From Botryllus schlosseri (taxonomy: Eukaryota), in NCBI GenBank assembly GCA_051294905.1, contig CM119371.1, positions 5,706,001 to 5,770,000 on the forward strand: a stretch of 64,000 bases of DNA, given 5' to 3'. The translations under genes were made by a program, and so were the position numbers. Below, in pieces: positions 11,517-24,383 of the stretch. The stretch's first letter is position 1. The number at the start of each line of letters is the position of its first letter. The notes under the pieces were generated by a model, which worked only from the letters and a program-made list of their open reading frames with translations, was not told the DNA's origin and ran no database searches.

Positions 11517-13367
11517 CCCTAGGGTGTACCAGAATTTTCAAATGGTGTACCACTCGGATGGGGTGTACAGGGGTGTACCAGATCCACATTATGATGAACC
11601 GATGATACGATGACTATAGCTATCACAAAAATACGCAAGTTTTTGCTTAAAAACAGAATGACTGGATGTGTAATATTGTACAATGTGATGTCATAAGCAA
11701 ATGTTTCTCATCATTCAACCATTGGTAATGGACTTATTACTTCCTTTTCGGGTAGAGCAGGTTGGAGTTAGCATGTGTTCTGCTTGCGATATCTGTCTGA
11801 TGATTATCGAGGAAACCACCGCTAAATCTCGGACATTTTGAATTGGTGCTTCCTGCGGCCAGCTTATGAATAGCGCAGAATACATGCTTACGCAGCCATG
11901 GGGTCGAGTTAACGAACCACTGCATTAGATGGTGGTCCAGTAACCTCGAGCCCTTATTCGTATTTATCATTTGCTATACGTTGCAGCCTTGCTCAAATGT
12001 CCATCTTATTTAGGCTAGGCCAGGGGTGCTCAACCTGCGGACGTACGGCCTCATTCAGCCGCATAACCATAATTTTGCGACCTTCTACACATATTTAAAT
12101 TAGCGTGTGTTGGCGGCCGTCATTATGCAACCAAATGTTGCTGGTTCTAGTCTTGGCTCTGCCATGTTTCTATATGTGTCGGAGGTTTATCTAGGCTCCT
12201 CGTCGCCGACCCCCTGTTAACGTAGCGTCTTCAAAAGCCCAGAACAAAAGTTAACCGAGCTTCAAAGTCAGCAGCAGAGTCCTGAAAGTGGACGCACGTT
12301 AGCGAGAGAGAATGAAGAATGGGAGTGCGTGTGCAAGCGAAAGTCGTCCTCATTACCCAAAGCAAAAATACGAAACTTTAGGAAATGCACTGTCGTGGCG
12401 CACAAATTCTAAGCAGGCGATTATCACCACTGTAATAAAAATATTAATAATAACATTACAAACAATCCTGGTGGGAATAACAACATGCAACTAAGTGATT
12501 ATTAAGAACCGAAAGATGTATCATCATTAATATTGTACCCAATATTTTCGAAAACACCCTCCATCAGCTCTACGGGTTAATCTGATCACGTGAGCTGAGA
12601 ATGAATAAATTTTTGACAATAATATGTGAATATACCAACATTTTCGATGAAATTCATTGAAGGGCAACATTTTCGCGTACTGCGCGACTACACACATAAT
12701 TCTAGTGTCTTTTCTTGACATTTATACTCGCAATTTTGGTACATAAATTATATATTGTAAGCCTGCTGGGATGTTTTGCTACTACAATAGGAAAATTTGC
12801 GCATTGCATATGTCAAGAAATAAGTGAAGGCACAGAGCACCACAAGGGCTCTCCGCGGTGTTAAGTTCCCAGTATCAAATTTCATATGAGCATTTGTCGT
12901 CCATGCGCCATGGCGACTCCCCGCTGGAATCCGGACGTATTGTATATGTAATCAATATGCGGCTTTCGGCGTTATCGGTGTATTATACAGTCAGGGGTGT
13001 ACGAGTTTTGAGAAAATCTTAAAAGGGTGTACCACGACGAAAAAGGTTGAAGAGCACTGATCTAACTTTAATCCATTTTTTCAAACGCTTTTACATCCAC
13101 AGTTTAATTTCAATCTAATGTATGGTGTTCCTCAAAATGCTAGAGCAGAACTGTATCGTATGAAACGAGCCAGGCTCGGTGTGGAGACGTTTGCTATTCT
13201 CGTGTTATGTGAATAAACCAGGAATCTATATTAAGTAAACTTGATTTTTGTTCTGTTTCTTCGATGAGTTAAGTAATTAAAATTCTGATCTAATTTGGAA
13301 AGACTTGTCTAGCCATTATTCTAATTCTGGTCAAATTTGCAAAATAATTTTATGATTCACTTCAAAT

Positions 13368-14522
13368 CAGGGGTCACCACCCTTTTTGCAACCAAGGGCT
13401 ACATTTGGGTACTGATTGAAGCGACGGGCTACCATTTACTCCCGTTGTTTACCCGTGTCAGACACAACTTCCGCTTTGATATTCATAGCATTAGGCAGGT
13501 ATCGCATAGCGGTAAGACTTCTAAGAGATTCTTTTAAATCAAAACATCTCATTTCAACCAGCTAGCCAGTAAGACTTTTTAAGAAATCACGAATTACTTC
13601 GCACCATGTTTATATAAATTATATAACAACTGTAAGATCAGATTTTAAAATAAATCACGTCACACGTTATACTGGACATCGTGTTATCTGTTTCTAAACC
13701 GGTCAGTGGGAGGCCTGGCACTGCATGCTATCAACTAGTGTGCTGTACTCTGGTATGTAACTTACACTGCAACTCTGAGTGAGTGTTCCAGATGTGCATT
13801 AGTGAGGCGTGTTCTGTGTTTGTTATTTGATGAATGTCATGTCTGCAAAGGCTGATTCACAACAATAAGTTGAACCAAGCACGTTTGCAACCATCATAGC
13901 TGCTGAGCATTCACCACTGTACTTTTCCGCGTCAACAAGGCACCAAAAGTTTGCTGCAGTCTTGTGGGCTTTGAGGTGGAGGTGATTTTGCAGTGGTACA
14001 ATTTCAATCTCTAACTGTTCAGAATCCAGACATGACAGATTTCATTATACTTCACAGCAGCATCGATTACAGAAAGTTAGAAACATGGTACTATAAATCG
14101 CGTTGAGTGTAAGAGAGACAAACTGTGTCAAAAGATGCAATGCACATTGGGCACACTGCATCTGCTAGTACGTCACCGCCATTTGCTACCGGATAGTAAT
14201 GTTGTTTACTACTTTGGCATTGTCCATGACGTCGAGCTACCATAACGGAACCCACAACCTTTCGAAAAGACCGTGGATGGCATGCCGTCATATCGCCTAT
14301 TCTACGTCTTCGATATCTTGTTATTCTACTACATTTTGGTATATTACTAATTGTAATTGGGGATATTTGATATCATCTTTTTAAGTGTTTATATATATAT
14401 GTATTGTCATTTCTAAGTCACAGCATGTTATAGTGCGATAATCTGACGAGTATTGGCAAATGCTGCTATTCGATGTATTTTTAGAACAGGCTCGCCCGCG
14501 GGCACCAGGCTGATGGCCCCTG
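13368..14522 (-). mobile_element. hAT (Charlie/SPIN-like) deletion derivative with transposase C-terminal remnant
   Basis: TIR CAGGGGTCA/TGGCCCCTG; TSD CTTCAAAT/CTCCAAAT; 13703-14040 minus reads ...FWCLVDAEKY...LGSTYCCESAFADMTFIK*...RTRLTNAHLEHSLRVA...MQCQASH*; empty site at 29886-29893. Confidence 0.85.
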
Positions 14523-15834
14523 CTCCAAATGAAGACACGTGTTTTCTACTGATCGGCAACTAAAATCATTTTAAATTCACAAATAGAACTAGAAATACTC
14601 ACTTTTCAAAATCCACAACTGATACTAGTACCCGGTATCTGAATTCCAGTCATAGCTCATTGATAGGGCTGGGCAAAATCGAGTACCTGGGTGATTCAAT
14701 CCTGAATCATGTATTCTGCATCGATTCGAGTAATAGAGTGTCACGCATTGTAACGTCATAACCAGATGCAGTATGTCAAAGTACAAATATGTACTTTTTA
14801 TGCCATCACAAAGAATGTAATGCCCGTTATCCATCACATTAAAGATACTTTTGTATTTTCTGGACCAGTTCAATTTCTTTGCACTTGGTGACAAGGTTGT
14901 GGAATGATCATGACTTCAGAAATGTGTTATTCCCAGTAACAATCGTAGCTTTGTACAACATGTATTTTACGAATTCCGTAATTCTGCTTTACTTTGTAAA
15001 ATAATTTATATAACTCTAATTTCAAGCACAGTTGGAAAGAGGCAGTAGCTATAATTCTAATTATCATCTAATTTGGACAAAAAACTGTGTAGCTATAATT
15101 TTAATTCTAGTTTTGAAAATCTGTAAATATAGTTACACAAATTTGATCACTAGGGACTAGAGAGGGTCACAATGATTGGAGTACTCAAATCTAAATTATT
15201 ATTTATTCTTATGATCAGAGTCGAGTAGTGAAAGACGATTTTTCGGGTACTGAAATATTATGCTCCTTGCCACAAGAGGTAAAATTATTTCCAATAAACT
15301 AAACTTGAAACTGAAGTGAGGGTAAATTTATCAATGAGTGAGAACTATGGCTTCAATAGTATTTTCCACTGCGGAAAGCTGTGAACCTGAATAGGTGTAA
15401 ACAGTACATACAAAACATGTAGTACAAAGCTGATCAACTCACAGCATCGTCACAAAGTGCAATGAAGTAGGTATGGTCGACAGAGTTTACAAATTATTGT
15501 AAAGCATAAAAGGTCGTCTACTCTACATATTTGACCTTTCCGCATCATCCATTAGTGATACTCAAATACTCGACTCGAAGCCTGATACTCAATTTAATTT
15601 CAAATCAGTCAAGCACTCGATTTTACCCAGCCCTACACATGACAACTCAAATATCAGAAAGGCATCGTGAAAGGCAGTTTTCAATTTGAAATTTATCGGT
15701 TCATAAGTTAGTTGTCAAATTTCACCGGCCCGCTATCTCAAATAGGTTTAGAAACACTGATTTCTTGATGTTCCCAACAAATAATATTCTTGTTTCATCA
15801 TGTCAATCCGATTAGCTTTAATTTATGTTTTCAT

Positions 15835-15957
15835 TCGCTGACGGAAGTTTACAAAAAGTCGTGCCATCACAGAAGCGGAAGCTTGTTATTACATGCGACA
15901 GATTCTGATTAACGTCGTTATCTTCGTGATTGTAAGATCATTCACAGAGGTATGGAG
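15835..15957 (+). pseudogene. PLK1: PLK1-like exon E3, copy 2 (frameshifted)
   Basis: SLTEVYK..RAITEAEACYYMRQIL...YLRDCKIIHRGME, GT donor. Confidence 0.8.
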
Positions 15958-16631
15958 GTAATAATAGTAGTGTAGTAGTCTAATGACACTAATTAAAGTG
16001 AATGTCTGTAATGTAATTGAAATCTAATTTGTCAAAAGTTTCTATGCTCTCATTTCAATTCTAATCTAAGTTCTGGATTTCCTAAAATTGCTGCAGAACT
16101 GTATCGTACGAAGCTAACCAAGCTCGATATACCGTCATTTGGCATTCTTTTGCTTATTATAATGAACTCTGATTTGATATCAACTGAACTTTATTCGATG
16201 CGCAAGGTTTCGTGAGCTCAGTAATTCTAATTGTAATGTAATGTGTAGCAATCATTTAATTACTGCCTAATTTGGAGAAAAACTGTTTAGCTGTTATACT
16301 AATTCTACTCCAATTCGAAACATAATCTGTGTTGCTATCATTATTTTTGTACCCTGTTAAGGAAATAACTTTGTATATGTACTGTAATTCTAATGCTAAT
16401 ATAGTTTCACGAAGCTGAAATTCGCTGTTGAAGTTGTCCAAGTCTGCAAATCTGCTTCTGATCCTTGAATCCTACCTCTTCCTTTCTATCCTAACACAGA
16501 ATAAGTTTGCATTATCAAATCCAAATCTGGATTCGCATTATTGTTTTAATTCCACAGATTTTGATTTCCAAATGATGTTCAAATATTAATAAGATCTGTT
16601 ATTTGTTTATTATCTGTGATTTTCTCTCCAG

Positions 16632-16793
16632 AATGTTGTTAAGCGACCCGTCTCAACGACCCACTGTAAAGGAAGTGCTGGCGACCGAGTTCATCAACGG
16701 CTACATGCCTCAGAAACTGCGCACAACCTGATTGAGCTGGCGTTCAGATCCTCGTGAAGTCCTCACCACTGCCTCCTCTGCGGAGTTTGGAGG
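16632..16793 (+). pseudogene. PLK1: PLK1-like exon E6 (kinase C-lobe end)
   Basis: MLLSDPSQRPTVKEVLATEFINGYMPQKLRTT*L vs PLK [35 protein letters not shown]. Confidence 0.85.
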
Positions 16794-17704
16794 GTAGGGC
16801 TCAGCAAATTTGAGTTCCTGATTGATTCGGTTCTGAATCAATTGTTACGTTTCGAGACGCATACCCGAATATCACTCATTATAGCTTGAGCCCGGCCGAT
16901 TTCAGATTTTGAGCCGATACCGATTAGTAGCACCTTCACCGATAATCCCGATATGTTCGGCCGATAATGTAATAATGTGGCAACTAGCTCGAGGCACATT
17001 CCCAAACCTTCCGATCATTGATTTGAACAACTTTGTAGACTTTGCTATGCTTGGACACGAAATAAACAGCAGAGGATACATCTGGATACTTGTTAAGTCG
17101 TCAGTAAGGAAGTACTTCTGCTTTTTCAGAGTACTGGAGTAGGTTTTGTTCTTCGACTTCCTGCTACCATGTTGTGACGTCAAGAAAATTTTGGTATTTT
17201 TACCTCTCATGGCCGATATCTTTTAAACTCAATATAAATTCGATATTATTGGTCAAACGGTATAATCATCCGGGATTCCGGGCTATCAATTATACCTTCG
17301 TAATATATAACAACTCCTGACATTAATGAACTGTTAATATCTTCTGATTGTAGAATTCAGGTACTAGTCCTAGTTCATACCACAATTCCCATAGGACCAC
17401 ATATTGAACTTCACATGCAGAATGTCATTTTGCTATAGTTTTTAGTGACGCGCTTCCTCCCAAGTCTGGGTTAGAGTGTATTGGTTTTTAAAGGGATGAA
17501 TAATATCATTGTTTCTGTCTCTTTTCCAAACATGCCATGTAAAACCCTGTTTGAATACAATGCAAATTTCAAAATGCCCAACTGGAAATAGAAGTAGAAC
17601 TACTCAGTTTTCGAAACTAATAAATGGAACTAGAAGAGGAACTACACATTTCTAAAATCTGCAAGTAGATTTAGATTGGTAATTTGTACGAGTCTGAATT
17701 TCAG

Positions 17705-17853
17705 GCGATATTCTTCAATGATCATCAGAAAGACAAAATGTGTCCAGAGATTGGTCTCCATCGCAGTCAGAATCACAAGTACGCCGTTCGATTTCACGGA
17801 CTCATCAGAGACAAGGATTTTGTCCACGCGTTCTCGAGTTGTGCAAAAGAAGG
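17705..17853 (+). pseudogene. PLK1: PLK1-like exon E2
   Basis: HQKDKMCPEIGLHRSQNHKYAVRFHGLIRDKDFV(fs)[12 protein letters not shown] bounded. Confidence 0.85.
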
Positions 17854-18716
17854 GTAAAACATTACTATGTTGTTGGGATCTGAAACATCAGTGGTGGCAA
17901 TTGTATCAGCTCTATAAGGCTCATTACTAGCAGACTTCAACCACTAGATAATTGAAGTTGTCTTATTAGAGCGAAATGCCGGTTATCTAATTATAATCTA
18001 TTTTTGAATGCTCTTTTTACAATCTCGTTTCAATGCCATAACAATTTCTGTTTTTCCTGATATGCCATAGCCAAAGGTGAACTTTATCATGCTAAACGAG
18101 CAAAGCTCGATGTCAAGACATTTCCCATATGCCTATGAAAAGCAGCTCTGATTTGATATATGAAGTTATCTTGATTTTTGGTGTATTTCTTTTCTGAACC
18201 AAGTAATTCTAATCTAATTTGAAAAAATCTGGCCCTGTAATTCTTATTTTAATATAGGTTATGAAATATGAAAGTTTTATATCGACACAACTAGGGCTGG
18301 TGCCATGATTTGAATACTTGAATCCTAACCACGTATTCGTTCTAATGATTCGAATTGAATAGTGAGAGACGATTTTTGGATTACTGAAATTACACTCTCA
18401 TAGCCACTAGAACTTTCCACATCATCCATTCTTGTGTGACGTAATATTGAGTGATACGCAAATACTCGACTAGAAGCCTAATACTCCATTTAGAATCAAA
18501 TCACTAAGGTACCGTACTCGGACTTGGTCCAATATCGAAAAGGCAGCAATAAATTGAGTTTCTGATTTGTAAGGTTCACCGGTACGCAAAATTTAATGTC
18601 GAATTTTAAAGGCCCACAACCTCAAAAAGGTTGAGAACCACTGATTTAGATGTGTTCAACAAATAATATTGTTGTTTGGATTCTATCAATCCTGTTAGCT
18701 TTTCAGTTCTTGCCTG

Positions 18717-18845
18717 TCGCTGATGGAATTTTACAAAAGATGGTGATTCATCACAGAACCAGAAACTTGTTGTTACATGCATCAGACTCTTCTTGGAGCA
18801 GATGTTCATCTTCACGATTGTACGATCGTTCACACGGAGATCAAG
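18717..18845 (+). pseudogene. PLK1: PLK1-like exon E3, copy 3
   Basis: SLMEFYKRW*FITEPETCCYMHQTLLGADVHLHDCTIVHTEIK|GT. Confidence 0.8.
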
Positions 18846-19408
18846 GTAACATTGCTGGCAGTATCACCAGACTTGTACAAACTACTGGATATTCAAAACA
18901 CGCTACTCACATTTCAAAATTATTAACTAGAAATAATGACCCTTACGATTCTGCAACTAATCAATAACTGATGGAACGAATTTCTGAATTACAAACGAGC
19001 TAGGAAATATCGGAGATAGAATCAATATTTGAAAAGGGCCGTGGTTTATTTATCAAAGAAAGGCAAGTCAACCCCCGAATCCAACTCCCTGGCTATGCCT
19101 CTCTCATTTGTTATGATTGTCAGCTAGCAATAGGTGCAAGGGCATCAAACAACAGAACACCGGTAACACGATTCACGCCAAACAATGAAATATGTTTTCT
19201 AGCTATACGACTATTGTTTTGGAAACGCATAACTGGAGCTATGCACTTTTCATAACTACAACTAGGACTACTGACTTTTCAAATCCGCGACCACAACTAA
19301 AACTAGAACTACTCAAAAACAGTACTGAGTCGGCCATCAATTAGCTAGAATAATAGTTTGTACAAGTTTGTAAACTGGTGTGTCTGAATGTGGAATTTGT
19401 ATTCACAG

Positions 19409-19580
19409 CTGGAGAACAAAATGGTGGGGATGATTGGAGATTTCGGTTAAACTACCATGATCGATTTTGTCAGTCAAGCAAAAAAGCTCTTTGCAGCTCA
19501 CATAACTATGTTGACCCGGAAGTTTTCGGCAAGTATGGACACAGTTTAAAAGTGAACACTTGGTCACTGAGTTGTGTTTT
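19409..19580 (+). pseudogene. PLK1: PLK1-like exon E4 (DFG to APE to DxWS)
   Basis: MIGDFG*TTMIDF...ALCSSHNYVDPEVFGKYGHSLKVNTWSLSCV|GTGAGT. Confidence 0.85.
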
Positions 19581-20282
19581 GTGAGTATCAGCCAACATTG
19601 ATAGGGACTTCTATAAAAGAAGGTTGCAAGGGTATTAGGTGATGGGCTTGGTGGAATCGAGTACCTGACAGATTCTATCCTGATCCAAGTATTAAGCTTC
19701 GAGTTGAGTATTTGAGTATAACCTCTTGCTCCAGCATAACGTTGTGAAAAATTTTGGAAAGATCAAATATGTGACCACAAATAATGTAATGCCATTTCTA
19801 CACTAACCAAAATAATTTTGTAGTTTTCAACGATACCTATTTCGTTGCAGTCGGTGACAAAGCGTGGCTTGATCACAACTTCACAGATATGTCATTTCCA
19901 GTAAAGCTGTGCCTTTATACCACATATTTCTTACGCTACGATACCACTAATCGAGGTTTAGAGCTTTCCTCGGTGGAAAATAGTATCGGAACGATAATTT
20001 TCGTTAATAATGTAACTCTTGGTGAGAAATTTCAAGTGTTTTGACTTAACTCCAGTGAGTTCATCTGACCCAAGTCTCCCTGAAATATCGAGAGACTTAC
20101 CTTGACTCAAGTCACAATTAAAAAATGAGTGACTTTCTCTGACCTCTAGACCTCCTACTTTTGACATGCCCCGGAAAAATCGAGTAACTTGAATCAATTC
20201 AAAATGTGCAATGACTCGATATGTCTTGTGACTCGAACATAGTGACTCGTTTCCGACACTGACCCACCGTGATTTTTTACAG

Positions 20283-20434
20283 CATGTTGTCGATTGATCC
20301 ATCAGAACGACCTACCACGAAGCAAGCACCGTCCAGTGAGTCTATCCAAGTCTACATTCCAGAAGAACTGCAGACCACCTGCTTGGCTATCACGCCCCGA
20401 TTATCGGAAAGTCAACTGGAGCCAAATTTCAATG
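20283..20434 (+). pseudogene. PLK1: PLK1-like exon E6
   Basis: MLSIDPSERPTTKQAPSSESIQVYIPEELQTTCLAITPRL, AG/GT bounded, open frame. Confidence 0.8.
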
Positions 20435-20949
20435 GTGAGATTTTTACAATTCAACAAAATGGTTAAGGCTGGGCAAATACAAGTACCTGAGTGACTCGAT
20501 TCTAGATCGAGTATCGGACTCCTAGTACCATCTATAATGACGTCAACCGCAAACAATATAATGCCAGTTGCACATCACAATCGAGATAATTTTTTATTGT
20601 TTCGACCACACCTATTACATTACTCTTTGTGACAATGCTGTGAGTTGATCATGACCTCATAGACATGTCACCGATGCTTACAGCCTTCTACTGTGGGATT
20701 TATAATCGAACCACTTGGGTGCTTCATTTCACCAAGAGCTACATAGGACATGTCTATTATGAAATAGGCAGCATTACATGTCATTTTCAATTAGAAAGGC
20801 TCACCGATAGGCAAAATTAATTGTCAAATTTGACCAGCCAGCGAGCTCAAACAGATTCAGAACCTCTGATCGAGAATCGAGATGTGCCCGACAAATAATA
20901 TTGATAGTTTCATTATATCAATCCAATTAGTTTTGATTTTTGTTGCTAG

Positions 20950-21075
20950 TCGCTGATGGAACTTCAGAAAAGACGGCGCGTCATCACGGAACCAGAGTCT
21001 CGTTACGATATGCAACAGATTCTGCTTGGAGTCGTTAATATTAATACTGGTAAAATCATTCACACGGATATCAAG
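20950..21075 (+). pseudogene. PLK1: PLK1-like exon E3, copy 4
   Basis: SLMELQKRRRVITEPESRYDMQQILLGVVNINTGKIIHTDIK, AG/GT bounded, open frame. Confidence 0.85.
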
Positions 21076-21451
21076 GTGACATTTTGTTGCAGTGGCACCG
21101 TACTTGTACAAACTACTGGACTATTGAAATATGCGACTAGTACTAAAACGAGACTGGCTCACTTTCCAGAATTTTCAACTAGAACTAGAACGAACGACCA
21201 TTAAGAATCCACAACTAACTAGTTAACTAACCCATGAATTACTGGATTGCAATGAACTAAAAAATAAGAACATGACACAACAGAAAAACGGTTTCACGAT
21301 TCATACGGAACGTGTTTCTAGTTGCCCGACAATGAAACTGTTCAAGTCCGCAATTACAACTACTAAAGAAGCAGTCGTTTGTTGGTCGTCAACTGACTAA
21401 ATTGGTAATTTGTACAATTTGTATAACTAAATGCCAAATTTGTATTGACAG

Positions 21452-21635
21452 CTGGAGAGCCTATTCCTAACCAGTATAGAGGTCAAGATTGGATATTTTG
21501 GCCTTGCTACCAAAGTCGACTTTGACTACAAAACAAATCCTCAATTTGCGGCAAATCCAACTATATTGCCCCGGAAGTCATAGGAAAGTAAGGACACAGT
21601 TTCAAAGTGGACACCCGGTCGTTGGGTTGTTTAGT
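21452..21635 (+). pseudogene. PLK1: PLK1-like exon E4
   Basis: LESLFLTSIEVKIGYFGLATKVDFD(fs)[28 protein letters not shown]. Confidence 0.88.
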
Positions 21636-22107
21636 GTGAGTGTGATGTAACATTGGGGCTGCAAGGGTCTTAGGTATAGAGCTGGAAAATATCGTGCGCC
21701 CGAGTAACTCGACTCTGAATCGAGGCGAGTATTTGAGCAGCATTCATTACAGTGTTAACAACATTACGATTGAAATGCATAATTCGAATGTGTACCTTTT
21801 ATGCAACCACAAAGATATAATGCCAAATGACATTAAGGATAATCTTGTATTTTTTCGACCACAACCTTCTACGGTGAAAATTTGTGTCAAGACTATAATT
21901 GTCATTGATAAAGAAACTCATACTGTCAAAGAGCGTATCGTTTCCGTGCTCTCACTACTCAGCTCGTACTATCACAATAGATACTCGATTCAGATTCAAG
22001 CACTTGAATCATTAAGTCCAAACTTGTTGATAATTTCTGATATTAAGAGTCATCTGACCAAGAAGCATTCCTCTTGGCAACTTGATGCATGTTTTTCTTT
22101 ATCATAG

Positions 22108-22150
22108 ATTTACATTGTTGGCCGGTGTGCTACTGTTTGCAGGCCAGGCT
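22108..22150 (+). pseudogene. PLK1: PLK1-like exon E5, 5' fragment cut by a GACTC MITE
   Basis: AG|FTLLAGVLLFAGQ vs [11 protein letters not shown]. Confidence 0.55.
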
Positions 22151-22563
22151 GGACTTGACTTGAGTCAAATTGTGTAATAATGACTTTTGACTTGAAGATA
22201 GTTACTTGACTTGATCCGAGTGACCGTCAAAACCTAGTGACGTGACACGCGTCAAACTATGCAATGACTTGATATGACTTATAAATAGAAAATAGTGACT
22301 TGACTTGACTCGAGTCAAAATATGCAATGACTCGATTTGACTTGTGACTAGTAAATAGTAACTTGACTTGACGCGAGTCAAAATATGCAATGACTCGATA
22401 TGACTTCTGACTAGAAAATGGTAACTTGAATTGACTCGAGTCAAAATATGCAATGACTCGATATGATTTGTGACTAGTAAATAGTAACTTGAATTGACTC
22501 GAGTCAAGATTGGCAAAACTTGAGATGACTTGTGACTTAAAGGTAACTTGCTCCCGACACTGA
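22150..22563. repeat. GACTC-family MITE end with about 60-bp tandem units
   Basis: About four copies of GACTCGAGTCAAAATATGCAATGACTCGATATGACTTGTGACTAGTAAATAGTAACTTGA; ends CCCGACACTG. Confidence 0.75.
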
Positions 22564-22585
22564 CCTACCATGATTTTGTCCGCAG

Positions 22586-22740
22586 CATGTTGTCTATTGA
22601 GCCATCACAACGACCTTCCGGAAAGCAAGTTGTGTCCAGCCAGTGTATGCAAGTCTGCATTCCTCAACAACTACCCACCACCTGCGACTATCACTATGAC
22701 ATCATCAAAACACCTCCTCAACTCGAGACAACTATCAATG
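22586..22740 (+). pseudogene. PLK1: PLK1-like exon E6
   Basis: MLSIEPSQRPSGKQVVSSQCMQVCIPQQLPTTC...|GTAAG. Confidence 0.8.
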
Positions 22741-22946
22741 GTAAGCTTTTCATAATTCTACGATAAGGTTGTGATATTTTGCGGAAAGTCTAGGACAACT
22801 ACCAGCTTCAGCTTTTCAAATTGCATTCCAGTTTTTTTCAACTTGGACTAGAATTAGAATTATAGCTACACAGATTCTCCGCATTAGATTAGATTTAGGA
22901 TAACAGCTACACAATATTTTCCAAAATAGATTACAATACTAATTAT

Positions 22947-24383
22947 CCCTTTGTAACCAGCCGGCCTACTGACCAAAATTTTATTGCACCCAAAAAAAAA
23001 CGATAAAATGTCATCCATATGGCTTAAATCGGCGACCAATATATTGCCGTAAACCTGGAGTAGCCGCCTAGCGGTCTGAGATACTCTCAGGGCTCAGACG
23101 CCAGAGGGAATAACGTTATGCGAGAAAACGTTTTTGATTTCTTAAAAATAAAATATAATTTTGTTCTTCTATATCTCCAGACGTCATACCTAGGCCCTCT
23201 TTGGGTATATGACCACCTGATTGCCTTTCGCATGAATCTCTACGTTCCAATGAGACATTACACGCTACTATAGCGCTTCATAGCCCAGCGCTACGATCTT
23301 GGAAAGGTAGGGATGATAAGCACAATCACGCGGCCGCCGCCGATGATCAATCGATTACGTAATCTCGTATTCTCGCTGAAAGCAACGCGCGTCCAGCTCT
23401 ACATAACATAGTAACTGCCTTGCCAATTTTCCCTTAGATCGTATATATCTCCATGCTATTGAAGTGTTATCAACCCCAGTTGCTTGTTATATGTAACTTG
23501 CAACTGCATAATGGATTCGTAAGTATACACATATTGGCTTATTCGGCACTGCCCAGCGCCCATATACGCCCGAGAAGTCATTTCACGTGATACATTATTG
23601 CTTTATTTCACATCAATTTGAACTGTATTCTACACGGCTAATGTTCCATGTATGATCGACAGTATTCATAGAAGCCAACAGTCACTTCATGTGTCATCTA
23701 AAACTGATATATAACAGCCTCTATATGATGTTGTTATTACAGGCTCGGGTACCACAATAGCGTAACTTGCACGCTTATTTGTGTAGTGTTAGGGATGGTG
23801 TTGGCTTTCTTATACAAAACTAAGCTTCATGATAGGGATATTCATTAATATGTCAGGATAATGGCTAACCATACGTACAATCTGCTATTCCATGAACCAA
23901 TTGTACATCTGTTTGAAACTGCAACGAATCGGGTGATCTTACGCAGCCATGATTTTCACGTAATACGCTATGCTTCTTTCACGTCCATTTGAAACATCTT
24001 CTACGTGCTAATCTTCGATATAAGGACTTTCATAGAATAGTATGACCAACAACAAGTCATAGAACATAACTGTAATTGGTTATATGACGTCTAGAACGGA
24101 AGATACAATGGTTTATATTTCAGGCAGTCATTCACGCGAACATCATTATAAATTCAATTTTGCGGGAAACGTTTTTGCGTGTTCAATCTGCATTTCAAGC
24201 AGGATATACATTGCAATAATAGGTTATACATGGTCTGATGTATGCGTATTTATAAGAGCTATCCATGGAAAACCGATTGCAATAGTGTATGACCAATACA
24301 GGTCTAGCTATCTTCGATAAAATACCTACTCTTCTGTGCTAAACAGTCGCGGTCTAGTATACTAGACCGCCGGTCGCAAAGGG
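22947..24383. mobile_element. piggyBac-like non-autonomous element
   Basis: CCCTTTG...CAAAGGG termini, TTAT on both sides (TTAA variant); 22-bp palindrome GCGGTCTAGTATACTAGACCGC at 24349-24370. Confidence 0.65.

Larger units (their letters stand above)
9689..13059. mobile_element. hAT-like non-autonomous element hosting nested insertions
   Basis: Perfect 15-bp TIR CAGTGCTCTTCAACC; perfect 8-bp TSD ATCTAACT (9681-9688, 13060-13067). Confidence 0.9.

Noticed and set aside
22250..22520. Regular ~60-bp repeats resembling a CRISPR array
   Set aside because: Whole units repeat with no unique spacers; part of a MITE; eukaryotic context and no cas genes
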